Source: a bacterium (GTDB lineage Bacteria; JADJOY01). From it: a DNA stretch of 64,000 bases. Below are positions 55,359 through 64,000 of this stretch, piece by piece; position 1 is the stretch's first letter; every line of letters starts with the position of its first letter. Under the pieces are notes generated by a model. It had not been told where the DNA came from. It ran no database searches and was given only the letters and a program-made list of their open reading frames with translations. The stretch spans positions 117,425-181,424 of the forward strand of contig JAXLQJ010000011.1 in NCBI GenBank assembly GCA_046331705.1, given 5' to 3'. A program made the translations under genes and the position numbers.

Positions 55359-56867
55359 ATGAATGCAGCGTCCGCCGACGCGCGCGCCAGCGCACGCCTC
55401 GTACGCTGGCTCTTCGTGCGGCTGGTGGGCGCGGTATTCCTCGTCGCGTTCGCGTCGCTGGCGATCCAGATCGTGGGGTTGGTGGGGCGCGACGGAATCC
55501 TGCCTGCACATCGGCTCACCGAAGCCGTCGCGGCACGTCTCGGCAGCGCGCGCTTCTGGCGGATGCCCACGCTGGTCTGGTGGACGGGCGCCAGCGACGG
55601 GGCGCTCGTCGGCTTGTGCATCGCGGGAGCGATCGCGGCGATCGCCACGATCGCCGGGCTCGCGCCGATGGTCACGCTCGTGACCGCCTGGGCCTGCTAT
55701 CTCTCGCTCTTCCACGTCGGCCAGGAGTTCCTGGGGTTCCAATGGGACCTGCTGCTCCTCGAGGCCGGTTCGCTGGCGGTGTTGTGGGCGCCGCTCGCCT
55801 GGCGGTCGCGGCTCGCGAGCGATCCCGTGCCGTCGCGACTCGGGCTCTGGCTCGTCCGACTGCTGGTGTTCAAGCTGATGTTCCTCTCGGGTGTGGTGAA
55901 GCTCGCGAGCGGCGACGCTGCGTGGCGCGATCTCTCGGCGCTCACGTATCACTTCGAGACTCAGCCGCTGCCGACCTGGATCGGTTGGTTCGCCCATCAC
56001 TCGCCGCGACCTCTGCTGGTGGTCGGATGCGCCACGACGCTGGCGATCGAGCTGGTGCTGCCGTGGGCGATCTTCGCGGGTCGAACCGGCCGCCGCGGCG
56101 CGTTCCTCGGGTTCGCGGCGCTGATGGTGGCGATCGGCCTCACCGGGAACTACACGTTCTTCAACGCGCTCACGTTGGTCGCGGGCCTCGCGCTCCTCGA
56201 CGACGACGATCTGCTGCGGGTGTTGCCGCGCCGCTCGCGCGACCGCGTCGTGCGCGCATTGCAGGCGCCGGCGCCCGAGGAGATCTCGCCCGCGCGCTGG
56301 GCGCGCCGTGTGGCGGCGGCACTCCTGATCGTCGCCAACGTCGCGGTCGTGCTGGGGCCGGCGCTGGGCGCGCTGGGTGGGCCGTTGGACTGGGTCTGGC
56401 GGATCACGGCGCCGTTCGCCTCGGTGAACGGCTACGGGCTCTTCGCCGTGATGACCAAGGACCGGCCGGAGGTCGTGATCGAGGGCAGCGACGACGGGCG
56501 GCAGTGGCGCGAGTACGTGCTCCCATGGAAGCCCGGACCGCTCGACCGCCGGCCGGGCTTCGTCGAGCCGCACCAGCCGCGCCTCGACTGGCAGCTCTGG
56601 TTCGCGGCGCTGAACCCGCGCGGCAATCGTCGGTGGGTCACCGCGCTGCTGACGCGGCTCTCCGAAGGCTCGCCCGCCGTCGTCGCGCTCTTCGCCGCCA
56701 ACCCGTTTCCGAGCGCGCCGCCGCGCTTCGTCCGCGCCAGCCTCTACCGATACTCCTTCACCGACTGGGAGACGCTACGCCGCACCGGCCGCTGGTGGAC
56801 GCGCGAGCTCGTGCAGCCCTGGGTGACGGTACCGCCCGCGCCGTTCGGCGCCGACGGAAGCGGTTGA
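55359..56867 (+). CDS. Lipase maturation factor (LMF1/TMEM112) family polytopic membrane protein
   Basis: 'GQEFLGFQWDLLLLEAG', 'LLVFKLMFLSGVVKLASGD..W', 'ALTYHFETQPLP', 'GNYTFFN', 'VNGYGLFAVMTK.RPEVVIEGS.DG..W.EY', 'HQPRLDWQLWFAAL' and 'LYRYSFT'. Confidence 0.75.
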   Translation: MNAASADARASARLVRWLFVRLVGAVFLVAFASLAIQIVGLVGRDGILPAHRLTEAVAARLGSARFWRMPTLVWWTGASDGALVGLCIAGAIAAIATIAGLAPMVTLVTAWACYLSLFHVGQEFLGFQWDLLLLEAGSLAVLWAPLAWRSRLASDPVPSRLGLWLVRLLVFKLMFLSGVVKLASGDAAWRDLSALTYHFETQPLPTWIGWFAHHSPRPLLVVGCATTLAIELVLPWAIFAGRTGRRGAFLGFAALMVAIGLTGNYTFFNALTLVAGLALLDDDDLLRVLPRRSRDRVVRALQAPAPEEISPARWARRVAAALLIVANVAVVLGPALGALGGPLDWVWRITAPFASVNGYGLFAVMTKDRPEVVIEGSDDGRQWREYVLPWKPGPLDRRPGFVEPHQPRLDWQLWFAALNPRGNRRWVTALLTRLSEGSPAVVALFAANPFPSAPPRFVRASLYRYSFTDWETLRRTGRWWTRELVQPWVTVPPAPFGADGSG

Positions 56868-56918
56868 ATCGCCGAGGGCGTTCCGATAGATCGGCGCCGA
56901 GATCGAGAGGAGCCCCTC

Positions 56919-58028
56919 ATGCTCACGCATCGCGTACGCACACGGATCCTCGCCGCGTTGCTGGCGACGGCGCTGCTCGCCGTCGCGACCACCCCGGCAC
57001 GCGCCGATCGCCTGCACGATCCGAAGGCGGTCCCGCACACCGTCACGCCCCGCGCGCCACTGAGCGGAACCGAGCGCGACACCATCTCGCTCTTCCGGCG
57101 GGCGTCGCCGTCGGTGGTGTTCATCAAGACCACCGCGGTGCAGATCGACCCGTTTCGAATGCGGGCGTACGAGGTTCCGCAAGGCGCCGGCACGGGTTTC
57201 GTGTGGACCAAGGACGGCTACATCGTGACGAATTTCCACGTCGTCCAGGAGGCGCGCGGGGCCACGGTCACGCTCGCCGACCAGTCGACCCACGAAGCCG
57301 AGCTGGTGGGCGTCGCCCCCGACAAGGACCTGGCGGTGCTCCACATCGAGCCGCCCGAAGGCGGGTTGACGCCGCTGCCCATCGGCACCTCGAGCGATCT
57401 CGAGGTGGGGCAGAGCGTGCTGGCGATCGGTAACCCGTTCGGCCTCGATCAGACCCTCACCACAGGCATAATCAGCGCGCTGGGGCGCGAGATCCAATCG
57501 GTGAGCGGTCGTAGCATCACCGGCGTGATCCAGACGGACGCGGCGATCAACCCCGGCAACTCGGGCGGGCCGCTTCTCGACAGCGCCGGGCGGCTGATCG
57601 GCGTGAACACCGCGATCTACAGCCCCTCGGGTGCTTACGCGGGGGTCGGCTTCGCGATTCCCGTCGACAGCGTGAACCGCGTGATTCCCCAGCTCATCCG
57701 CTACGGCAAGGCCGTGCGCGCCGGGCTCGGCGTGAGCTTGGCGCCCGACGAGTGGGCGCGCCGCCGCAACATCGAAGGAGTCGTGGTGGCCGACGTCGCC
57801 GAGGGCAGCGCCGCCGCCCGCGCCGGCCTGCAGGCCGCCACGGTGGACGCGCGCGGCCGGGTCGCGATCGCCGACGTCATCGTCGCCGTCGACGGCAAAC
57901 CGGTGAAGAGCGCCGACGATCTCTTCGAGGTCTTCGATCAGTACGAGGTGGGCGACACGGTGACGCTCACGGTGATTCGCGAGGGCCGGCGCGTGGAGAA
58001 GGGTGTTACCCTCCAAGCGGTCCGCTGA
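56919..58028 (+). CDS. HtrA/Deg-family serine protease with a single PDZ domain
   Basis: GGAG upstream of the start and a signal peptide. Catalytic triad context 'VTNFHVV', 'DLAVL' and 'GNSGGPL'. PDZ region 'GVVVADVAEGSAAARAGLQ'. Confidence 0.9.
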   Translation: MLTHRVRTRILAALLATALLAVATTPARADRLHDPKAVPHTVTPRAPLSGTERDTISLFRRASPSVVFIKTTAVQIDPFRMRAYEVPQGAGTGFVWTKDGYIVTNFHVVQEARGATVTLADQSTHEAELVGVAPDKDLAVLHIEPPEGGLTPLPIGTSSDLEVGQSVLAIGNPFGLDQTLTTGIISALGREIQSVSGRSITGVIQTDAAINPGNSGGPLLDSAGRLIGVNTAIYSPSGAYAGVGFAIPVDSVNRVIPQLIRYGKAVRAGLGVSLAPDEWARRRNIEGVVVADVAEGSAAARAGLQAATVDARGRVAIADVIVAVDGKPVKSADDLFEVFDQYEVGDTVTLTVIREGRRVEKGVTLQAVR

Positions 58029-58085
58029 CCTCGGCCCGCGTCGGGCTCGGCGCGGCTGAATCCGCCAACCCAACGCGAGCGAAAC

Positions 58086-60038
58086 GTGGCCGAATCGCCC
58101 CTCAAGAAGAAACCCGGCGGCAAGCCGTCGCTGCCTCCGTGGCGGTTCTCGATCGGCTACTTCGTCCTGATGCTGTTCGTGCTCTACGCCTGGCAGAGCA
58201 TGCTGTCGCAGATCGCGGTCGAGACCATCGATTACAGCGTCTTCAAGAGCCACCTGGAGCGAGGCGAGGTGGTCGTCGCGCAGGTGCACGACGCCGAGAT
58301 CACCGGCGAGATCGCGCCCAGGGGGGCCACGGTCACGGGAGAGGTGCCGAGCTCGACGCCGCAGCGCATCCATTTCCGCACCGTGCGCGTCGATCCGGAC
58401 CCCAACCTCGTCGAGGAGCTCGAGGCGAAGAAGGTCGCGTTCCGCGGCGTGGTGCCGAACTTCCTGCAGACCTTCGTGCTGTCCTGGGTGCTGCCGCTGG
58501 GTTTCATCTTCGCGATCTGGATGCTGTTGGCGCGGCGAATCGGTGCCGCGGGTCAATCCGTGCTGAGCTTCGGCCGCAGTCGCGCCAAGCTCCACGCGGA
58601 TAGCGACACCGGCGTCACGTTCGCGGACGTCGCCGGTTGCGACGAGGCCAAGTACGAGCTCGAGGAGGTCGTCGACTTCCTCAAGAACCCGGAACGCTAC
58701 CGCCAGCTCGGCGCCAAGATTCCCAAGGGCGTGCTCTTGGTCGGGCCGCCGGGCACGGGCAAGACGCTGCTGGCGCGCGCCGTCGCCGGCGAGGCGAAGG
58801 TGCGGTTCTTCTCGATCAGCGGCAGCGAGTTCGTCGAGATGTTCGTCGGCGTCGGCGCGTCGCGCGTGCGCGATCTCTTCCAGCAAGCGAAGGCCCAGGC
58901 ACCCTGCATCATCTTCATCGACGAGCTCGATGCCATCGGACGCCAGCGTGGGGTGCACGTCGGCGCCGTCCACGACGAGCGCGAGCAGACGTTGAACCAG
59001 CTGCTGGTGGAGATGGACGGTTTCGAGGCCAACGTCGGCGTCATCGTGCTGTCGGCGACCAACCGGCCCGACGTGCTCGACCGCGCCTTGCTGCGCCCGG
59101 GCCGGTTCGATCGGCAGGTCGTGGTGGACTCGCCGGACGCTGCGGGCCGTGAGGCGATCCTCAAGGTCCACTCGCGAGACAAGCCGCTCTCCCTCGACGT
59201 CGATCTCAAGAAGATCGCCCAGGGCACGCCGGGCTTCTCGGGCGCCGATCTCGCCAACGCGCTCAACGAGGCGGCGCTGCTCGCCGCGCGCCGCTCGGCC
59301 CGCCAGATCGCCCAGCAGGACTTGCAGGAGGCGATCGAGAAGGTCGTCGCCGGCCCGGAGCGCAAGAGCCGGCGCCTCAACGAGGAGGCGCGCAAGCGCG
59401 TCGCGTATCACGAGGTCGGCCACGCGCTGGTCGCCGCCTACAGCGCCAACGCGGACCCGGTGCACAAGATCAGCATCGTGCCGCGCGGTCGCGCGGCGCT
59501 CGGCTACACGCTCCAGCTCCCCGTCGACGAGCAGTTCATCCTGACCAAGTCGGCGCTCCTCGACAGGATCCGCGGGCTCCTGGGCGGACGCGCCGCCGAG
59601 GACATCGTCTACGCGGAGGTGTCGACCGGTGCCGAGAACGACCTCGACCACGCCACCGCGTTGGTGCGTCGCATGGTGTGCATGTACGGCATGGGCGAGT
59701 CCGCCGGCCTCGCGCACGTGGCGCAACGCAGCGGGCCCATCTTCCTGGAAGGCCTCGACTCCTCGTTGCAGCGCGACTACAGCGAGGACACCGCGCGGGA
59801 GATCGACCGCGAGGTGCGCACGATCCTCGACGACGCGTACGCCGACGCGAAGCGCATCCTGACCGAGCACCGCGATCAGCTCGAGGGTGTCGCCGCCGAG
59901 CTGCTGGCGGTCGAGACGCTCGACGCCGCCGCGTTCGCGCGCCTCATCGGGCGTCCCGTCGAGAGCGTCGAGAAGAAGGACGTCCCGGTGCCGCCGCCCG
60001 CAGGAGCGCCGCCGGCTTCGCCGATCGCCGAAGCCTGA
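58086..60038 (+). CDS. ftsH: ATP-dependent zinc metalloprotease FtsH
   Basis: GTG start. Two TM segments, Walker A '[11 protein letters not shown]', 'IIFIDELDA', SRH '[19 protein letters not shown]' and the zinc site 'HEVGHAL'. Confidence 0.95.
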   Translation: MAESPLKKKPGGKPSLPPWRFSIGYFVLMLFVLYAWQSMLSQIAVETIDYSVFKSHLERGEVVVAQVHDAEITGEIAPRGATVTGEVPSSTPQRIHFRTVRVDPDPNLVEELEAKKVAFRGVVPNFLQTFVLSWVLPLGFIFAIWMLLARRIGAAGQSVLSFGRSRAKLHADSDTGVTFADVAGCDEAKYELEEVVDFLKNPERYRQLGAKIPKGVLLVGPPGTGKTLLARAVAGEAKVRFFSISGSEFVEMFVGVGASRVRDLFQQAKAQAPCIIFIDELDAIGRQRGVHVGAVHDEREQTLNQLLVEMDGFEANVGVIVLSATNRPDVLDRALLRPGRFDRQVVVDSPDAAGREAILKVHSRDKPLSLDVDLKKIAQGTPGFSGADLANALNEAALLAARRSARQIAQQDLQEAIEKVVAGPERKSRRLNEEARKRVAYHEVGHALVAAYSANADPVHKISIVPRGRAALGYTLQLPVDEQFILTKSALLDRIRGLLGGRAAEDIVYAEVSTGAENDLDHATALVRRMVCMYGMGESAGLAHVAQRSGPIFLEGLDSSLQRDYSEDTAREIDREVRTILDDAYADAKRILTEHRDQLEGVAAELLAVETLDAAAFARLIGRPVESVEKKDVPVPPPAGAPPASPIAEA

Positions 60039-60805
60039 TGAAGCTCGCGACCTGGAACGTCAACTCGATCCGTTCGCGGCTCGATCGCCTGCTGGCGTGG
60101 CTCTCCGCGCACGGGCCGGACGTGCTCTGCTTGCAGGAGATCAAGCTCGTCGACGAGCTCTTCCCGCTCGACGCGATCCGCGCCGCCGGCTACCACGCGG
60201 CGGTCTTCGGCCAGAAGACCTACAACGGCGTGGCGATCCTCGCGCGCGCCGAGCCCACGGTGATCGCGCGCGGCTTCGGTGATGGCGTCGACGATCCGCA
60301 AGCCCGCTTCCTGGACGCGCGGATCGGCGAGATCCGCGTGCTCAATTGCTACGTCCCGAACGGCAGCGAGGTGGGAAGCGAGAAGTGGCGCTACAAGCTC
60401 GCGTGGCTCGAGCGCCTGGCCGGCTACCTCGCTGCCCATTGCGACGTCCAGGAGCCGCTGGTGCTCTGCGGCGACATGAACGTCGCGCCCGAGGCGCGCG
60501 ACGTTCACGACCCGGCGCTCTGGGAGCCCACCGTGCTCTTCCACCCCGAGGCTCGGGCCGCGCTGGCACAGGTCACGGCGTGGGGACTCGAGGACGTGTT
60601 CCGTCGCCACCGCGCGGAGGCGGGGCTCTTCTCGTGGTGGGACTACCGCCAGCTCGCGTTCCCCAAGAACCAGGGCCTCCGGATCGATCACGTCTTCGCC
60701 ACGGCGCCACTGGCCGCGCGTTCCACCGAAGCCGCGATCGACCGCGAGCAGCGCAAGGGCCAGCAGCCGTCGGACCACGCTCCCGTGATCGTGTCGTTTC
60801 GCTAG
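60038..60805 (+). CDS. xthA: Exodeoxyribonuclease III
   Basis: The ATG at 60038 overlaps the ftsH stop (TGATG). 'KLATWNVNSIRSR', 'PDVLCLQE', 'YNGVAIL', 'CGDMNVAP' and 'RIDHVF..SDHAPV'. Confidence 0.93.
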   Translation: MKLATWNVNSIRSRLDRLLAWLSAHGPDVLCLQEIKLVDELFPLDAIRAAGYHAAVFGQKTYNGVAILARAEPTVIARGFGDGVDDPQARFLDARIGEIRVLNCYVPNGSEVGSEKWRYKLAWLERLAGYLAAHCDVQEPLVLCGDMNVAPEARDVHDPALWEPTVLFHPEARAALAQVTAWGLEDVFRRHRAEAGLFSWWDYRQLAFPKNQGLRIDHVFATAPLAARSTEAAIDREQRKGQQPSDHAPVIVSFR

Positions 60806-60811
60806 CCGACC

Positions 60812-61972
60812 GTGGCGCGCGGGACCGTCTTCGTCGGCTCCGAGTTCGTCGCGAAGTGCGTTCGGGGAGGCGGGAACTTCTGGGTTCCGCTCCAGTACCT
60901 GCGCGGGCTGCGCGAGCTGGGCTACGACGCCTGGTGGCTCGAGCTGCTCGGTGGCAGCGGTGATCCGGCGCTCGATCGCGAGCGGCTCGCGTGGTTCCAC
61001 GGCGCCGTCGCCGAGGTCGGTGCCGCCGAGCACGTGGCGCTCGCGTACTTTCCGGCGCGACCCGCGGGGGAGCTCGCCGCGGACGTCGTCTGGCGCGTCC
61101 TCGACGAGGCGGGCTTTCGCGAGCGCGCCCGCGGGGCGCTGCTGCTCAACCTCGCCAACAGCGTCCCCGCGGTCATTCGCGAGTCGTTCGCGCGCACCGC
61201 GCTCCTCGACATCGACCCGGGCCCGTTCCAGCTCTGGGCGCGCGAATGGGACATGGGTGTCGGCACGCACGACGTTCACCTGACGATCGGCATGAACCTG
61301 GGCGAGGCGGATTCGCCGATCCCGCTCGGCAGCGTGGCGTGGCAGCGCACGTGGCCCTCGATCCACCTCGCTTCGTGGCCGTGCCAGCCCGCGCCGGCGC
61401 CGGGCGCGCCTTACACGACCATCACCCAATGGTGGACGAACCACTACGCGACGCTCGACGGCGAGATCTACGACTGCAACAAGCGCCAGGGCTTTGCTCG
61501 GCACGTCGATCTGCCGCGGGCGGCGGGGCTCACGCTGGAGCTCGCGGCGAACGTGCACGCCGACGAGACCGAGGAGCGGGCGCTGCTCGCCGGCCACGGT
61601 TGGCGGCTCGTCGATCCCATCGCGTGCGCCGGCACGCCGGACGAGTATCGGCGCTACGTCCAGCGAGCGCGCGGCGAGGTCAGCGCCGCCAAGCCCGCCT
61701 ACGTCAAGGCGCGCTCCGGTTGGGTCAGCGATCGCACGATCTGTTTTCTGGCGAGCGGACGCCCCTCGATCGTCGAGGACGTCGGCGCGGCGCGGCACCT
61801 TCCGGAAGGGCTCGGGCTCTCGTTCTTTCGCGACGTGGACGAAGGGGCCGCGCGCATTCGCGCCGTCGAGGCGGAATACGGCCGCGCCTGTCGCGAGGCC
61901 CGTGCGCTCGCCGCCGAGGTCTTCGACACCCGCGTGGTGCTGCCGAAGCTCCTCGCCCGGTGTGGGGCGTGA
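60812..61972 (+). CDS. Hypothetical protein, possibly with a CgeB/Glyco_trans_1_2-like C-terminal domain
   Basis: The GTG at 60812 lies 6 nt after the xthA stop. High GC3. The C-terminal 'SGWVSDRTICFLASGRPSIVEDVG...GLSFFRDVDEGAARI' resembles the GT-B C-terminal half. The assignment is tentative. Confidence 0.55.
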   Translation: MARGTVFVGSEFVAKCVRGGGNFWVPLQYLRGLRELGYDAWWLELLGGSGDPALDRERLAWFHGAVAEVGAAEHVALAYFPARPAGELAADVVWRVLDEAGFRERARGALLLNLANSVPAVIRESFARTALLDIDPGPFQLWAREWDMGVGTHDVHLTIGMNLGEADSPIPLGSVAWQRTWPSIHLASWPCQPAPAPGAPYTTITQWWTNHYATLDGEIYDCNKRQGFARHVDLPRAAGLTLELAANVHADETEERALLAGHGWRLVDPIACAGTPDEYRRYVQRARGEVSAAKPAYVKARSGWVSDRTICFLASGRPSIVEDVGAARHLPEGLGLSFFRDVDEGAARIRAVEAEYGRACREARALAAEVFDTRVVLPKLLARCGA

Positions 61973-61985
61973 GACGAGCCCGCTC

Positions 61986-62006
61986 GGCGGCGTGAAGCTC
62001 GCCGCC
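61986..62006. terminator. GC stem-loop between convergent genes
   Basis: GGCGGCG-TGAAGCT-CGCCGCC (7-bp perfect stem, 7-nt loop), 14 nt after the stop at 61972. Confidence 0.3.
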
Positions 62007-62047
62007 CCGATCCGCCGCGCCGGAGAGCGACGCTCGAACGCAGGATC

Positions 62048-62716
62048 TCAGCCCGGCCGTCGGCCGCGATCCAGAACCGCGCCGATCGCGCTCACCGCCA
62101 GTGCCGAGATCAGCGACGTGATCGCCACCGGCACCACCGACGTCGGCGCAGGTGCGACCGTCATGCCCGCCACGGTCAGCGCCGCGACCACCACCACCAG
62201 CACGATCACGCCGCGGACGCTCGCGCAGCCGTCGGCGATCGCTCCGCGCCGCCACGCCCACAGCCCGCCGAACGTGATCGCGAGCTCGAGCGCGATCGCG
62301 ATCGGCATCGCGTCCCACAGACCGATGCCGATCGTCGAGTTGCCGTTGGGGAGAGGTTGCGCCGGATGGACCAGCACGTCGAGGACGAAGTGGGAAAAGA
62401 CCGCCGCGGCCACGATCGCGCCGCCCCGCAACCGCCGCGCGCCCAGCCCGATGCGCGGCCCCAGCGCCGCCGTCGCGAGGAACGCCACCAGCGTCCAGGC
62501 GACCGTCGCGGGCAGGCTGTGCGAATAGGGAAAGTCGAAGAGGAAGTAGTGGCGCGCGGCGTAGTCGGCAGGAATCGTCACGTGCTCGACGCCCGCGAGC
62601 ACCAGCGCCCACAGCAGGACGTCGGCGAGCTGGGCGGCGAGAAACAGCACGCCCAGGTTGATGTCGCGATCCGCTCGCTTGAGCGCCAGTGCCGCGCCCA
62701 GGTGTCCCGCCCACAT
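62048..62716 (-). CDS. Polytopic membrane protein, YdjM/DUF457-like putative metal-dependent hydrolase
   Basis: The ATG at 62716 gives 'MWAGHLGAALAL'. There are 6-7 hydrophobic helices, plus 'PYSHSL' and 'SHFVLDVLVH' His-rich motifs. The upstream part of track ORF 62048..63397 is noise. Confidence 0.55.
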   Translation of the reverse strand: MWAGHLGAALALKRADRDINLGVLFLAAQLADVLLWALVLAGVEHVTIPADYAARHYFLFDFPYSHSLPATVAWTLVAFLATAALGPRIGLGARRLRGGAIVAAAVFSHFVLDVLVHPAQPLPNGNSTIGIGLWDAMPIAIALELAITFGGLWAWRRGAIADGCASVRGVIVLVVVVAALTVAGMTVAPAPTSVVPVAITSLISALAVSAIGAVLDRGRRPG

Positions 62717-62763
62717 GCTCGATCCGCCTCCGCGCGCTGCCCGACGAGCCGCGGCGATGCCGC

Positions 62764-64000
62764 TCAGCGCTGTCGGCGGATGTCGTACTTGGTGGCGTCG
62801 AGGTCCGTCCAGACTCCCGTGTTCGGATCGCCGAGCTCGTAGTACGCCTGGCGGAGCTCGCCGGTCTTGCCGTCGATCATCGTGAGCGAGCCGCGCATCG
62901 CTTGTGCCTGGCCTTGCAGCGCGGGGCCGGTCTTCGGTGCGAGCGTGAACTTGGCTTGCGCGTCGAGGGTGAAGGTGAAGCCGCCCGGCAGGAACCGGTT
63001 CTGCGGGGTGGCGACCCAGCTGCCGACGAGCGCCGGATCGACGCGGGCGTTCGCGGCGAATTGCTGCCCAGCCATGCGCATGGCTTGCTGCTGGCGTTGC
63101 CGCTCGATGGCTGCTGCACGGTCGTTTCGCGCCTCCATGGCGCGCGCGACGTCGGGCGGCAGCCCACGCATGCCACGCGCTCGCGGGTCGGCGCCGCGGT
63201 AGGCCGCTTCGTAGGCGGCCTCCTCGGCGGCCGCGGCAGCGTCGGTCGCGCCGCCGTCGCCGGAACCCGAGGGGCCGGACGGCGGGGGGGCGGTCGCGCG
63301 CTGCTGTTGCGCGATGCGCACCGCTTCCGAGAGCTCCTCGAGCTCGGTGTCGCGTCCTCGACCGCCGCCGTTCGTCCCCGTCGCTGCCGCGAGCCATCTC
63401 GCGGCGCGCTCGGGATCGCCGGCGGCGAGCGCACGCTTGGCGAGCCAGCGAGACGCCTCGGGAACCGCGTCCCCGCCGTGCTCACGGGTGTTGCGCGGAG
63501 GCTCGCTCGCGGTCCCGATGCGCGGCTTGCTGGGATCGTCGGCGCCGAGCAAGGTCGCCAGCGCCATCACCGCCTCGTATTCCTTCGCCGCCTCGTCGGC
63601 GCGACCGAGCGAATCCAAGGCGCGCGCGGCCCCGCGATGCGCATCCGCCACCAGCGCCGCGGCGACCAACGGCTGTTGCGGCGAATCGCCCACCTTCGCG
63701 TTGGGGTTCGGCGTCATCGCCCCGTACGTGAAGTCGAGAAGCTGCTCGCGGGCGATGCGCCCCGCGTCGCGGGCATTCGCCTGGTGCAACGTGAGCGCGG
63801 CGTCGCTGTCGCCGCTCGCGGCGAGCCGTGCGGCGAGCCTGGCCCGCGCGGTGAGCAGTGGGCTCAGCTCCTCGGGATCGCGCGCCGCGCGGGGCTGGGA
63901 TGCGCCACCGAGGTCGTCGCTCGCGATGCGCGCCGCCGCGACCGCCGCCGCACGGCGATACGCGGCCATCGCCTCGGACGTCTTCCCTTGCGCTTCGAGC
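62764..64000 (-). CDS. Hypothetical protein with TPR-like helical repeats, 5'-truncated by the window edge
   Basis: The frame stays open beyond the ATG at 63969 to the window end ('..LEAQGKTSEAMAAYRRAA' continues a TPR-like helix). The C-terminal region 'GSWVATPQNRFLPGGFTFTLDAQ..' looks globular. Confidence 0.6.
   Translation of the reverse strand, partial: LEAQGKTSEAMAAYRRAAAVAAARIASDDLGGASQPRAARDPEELSPLLTARARLAARLAASGDSDAALTLHQANARDAGRIAREQLLDFTYGAMTPNPNAKVGDSPQQPLVAAALVADAHRGAARALDSLGRADEAAKEYEAVMALATLLGADDPSKPRIGTASEPPRNTREHGGDAVPEASRWLAKRALAAGDPERAARWLAAATGTNGGGRGRDTELEELSEAVRIAQQQRATAPPPSGPSGSGDGGATDAAAAAEEAAYEAAYRGADPRARGMRGLPPDVARAMEARNDRAAAIERQRQQQAMRMAGQQFAANARVDPALVGSWVATPQNRFLPGGFTFTLDAQAKFTLAPKTGPALQGQAQAMRGSLTMIDGKTGELRQAYYELGDPNTGVWTDLDATKYDIRRQR

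Overview
The window is visibly very GC-rich (about 70% by eye, not computed) and is probably chromosomal DNA from a member of the Myxococcota. The taxon call rests on two secreted proteins that end in MYXO-CTERM-type tails (G-C, hydrophobic helix, RRR). I call about 52 protein-coding genes. I saw no rRNA, tRNA, CRISPR array, transposase or phage genes. Most of the six-frame ORF track is high-GC noise: Arg/Ala/Gly/Pro-rich ORFs overlapping or antisense to real genes.

Nearly everything from 3.6 to 52.9 kb is on the minus strand, and 53.3 to 62 kb is on the plus strand. Recognisable housekeeping blocks:
- lysA-dapF-dapA-dapB
- metH
- argH and argB-argD-argF-argG
- xerC-hslV-hslU
- lspA-lgt
- ftsH-xthA
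- an HtrA-type protease, a cyclophilin and a large acyl-CoA dehydrogenase

Less ordinary content:
1. An intact, translationally coupled bacterial topoisomerase VI operon (top6B-top6A).
2. A co-directional cluster of a GT4 glycosyltransferase, two NPP-type alkaline-phosphatase-superfamily proteins (one frameshifted) and a 1101-aa fusion of a flippase-like (UPF0104/MprF-type) membrane domain to a sulfatase-fold domain that has Thr at the nucleophile position. This is my best candidate for an uncharacterised envelope-modification system.
3. A c-di-GMP module (REC-HD-GYP plus PilZ).
4. An Lgt with an insertion of about 185 aa, flanked by a duplicated catalytic-region motif.
5. An orphan Flp pilin.
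6. A 4.5-kb segment splitting the arg genes. It encodes a repeat-rich MYXO-CTERM protein, a TerB-like protein and an unknown protein.

All family assignments come from motif recognition by eye. No searches were run. Start codons are best guesses based on SD sequences, stop/start overlaps and N-terminal homology.
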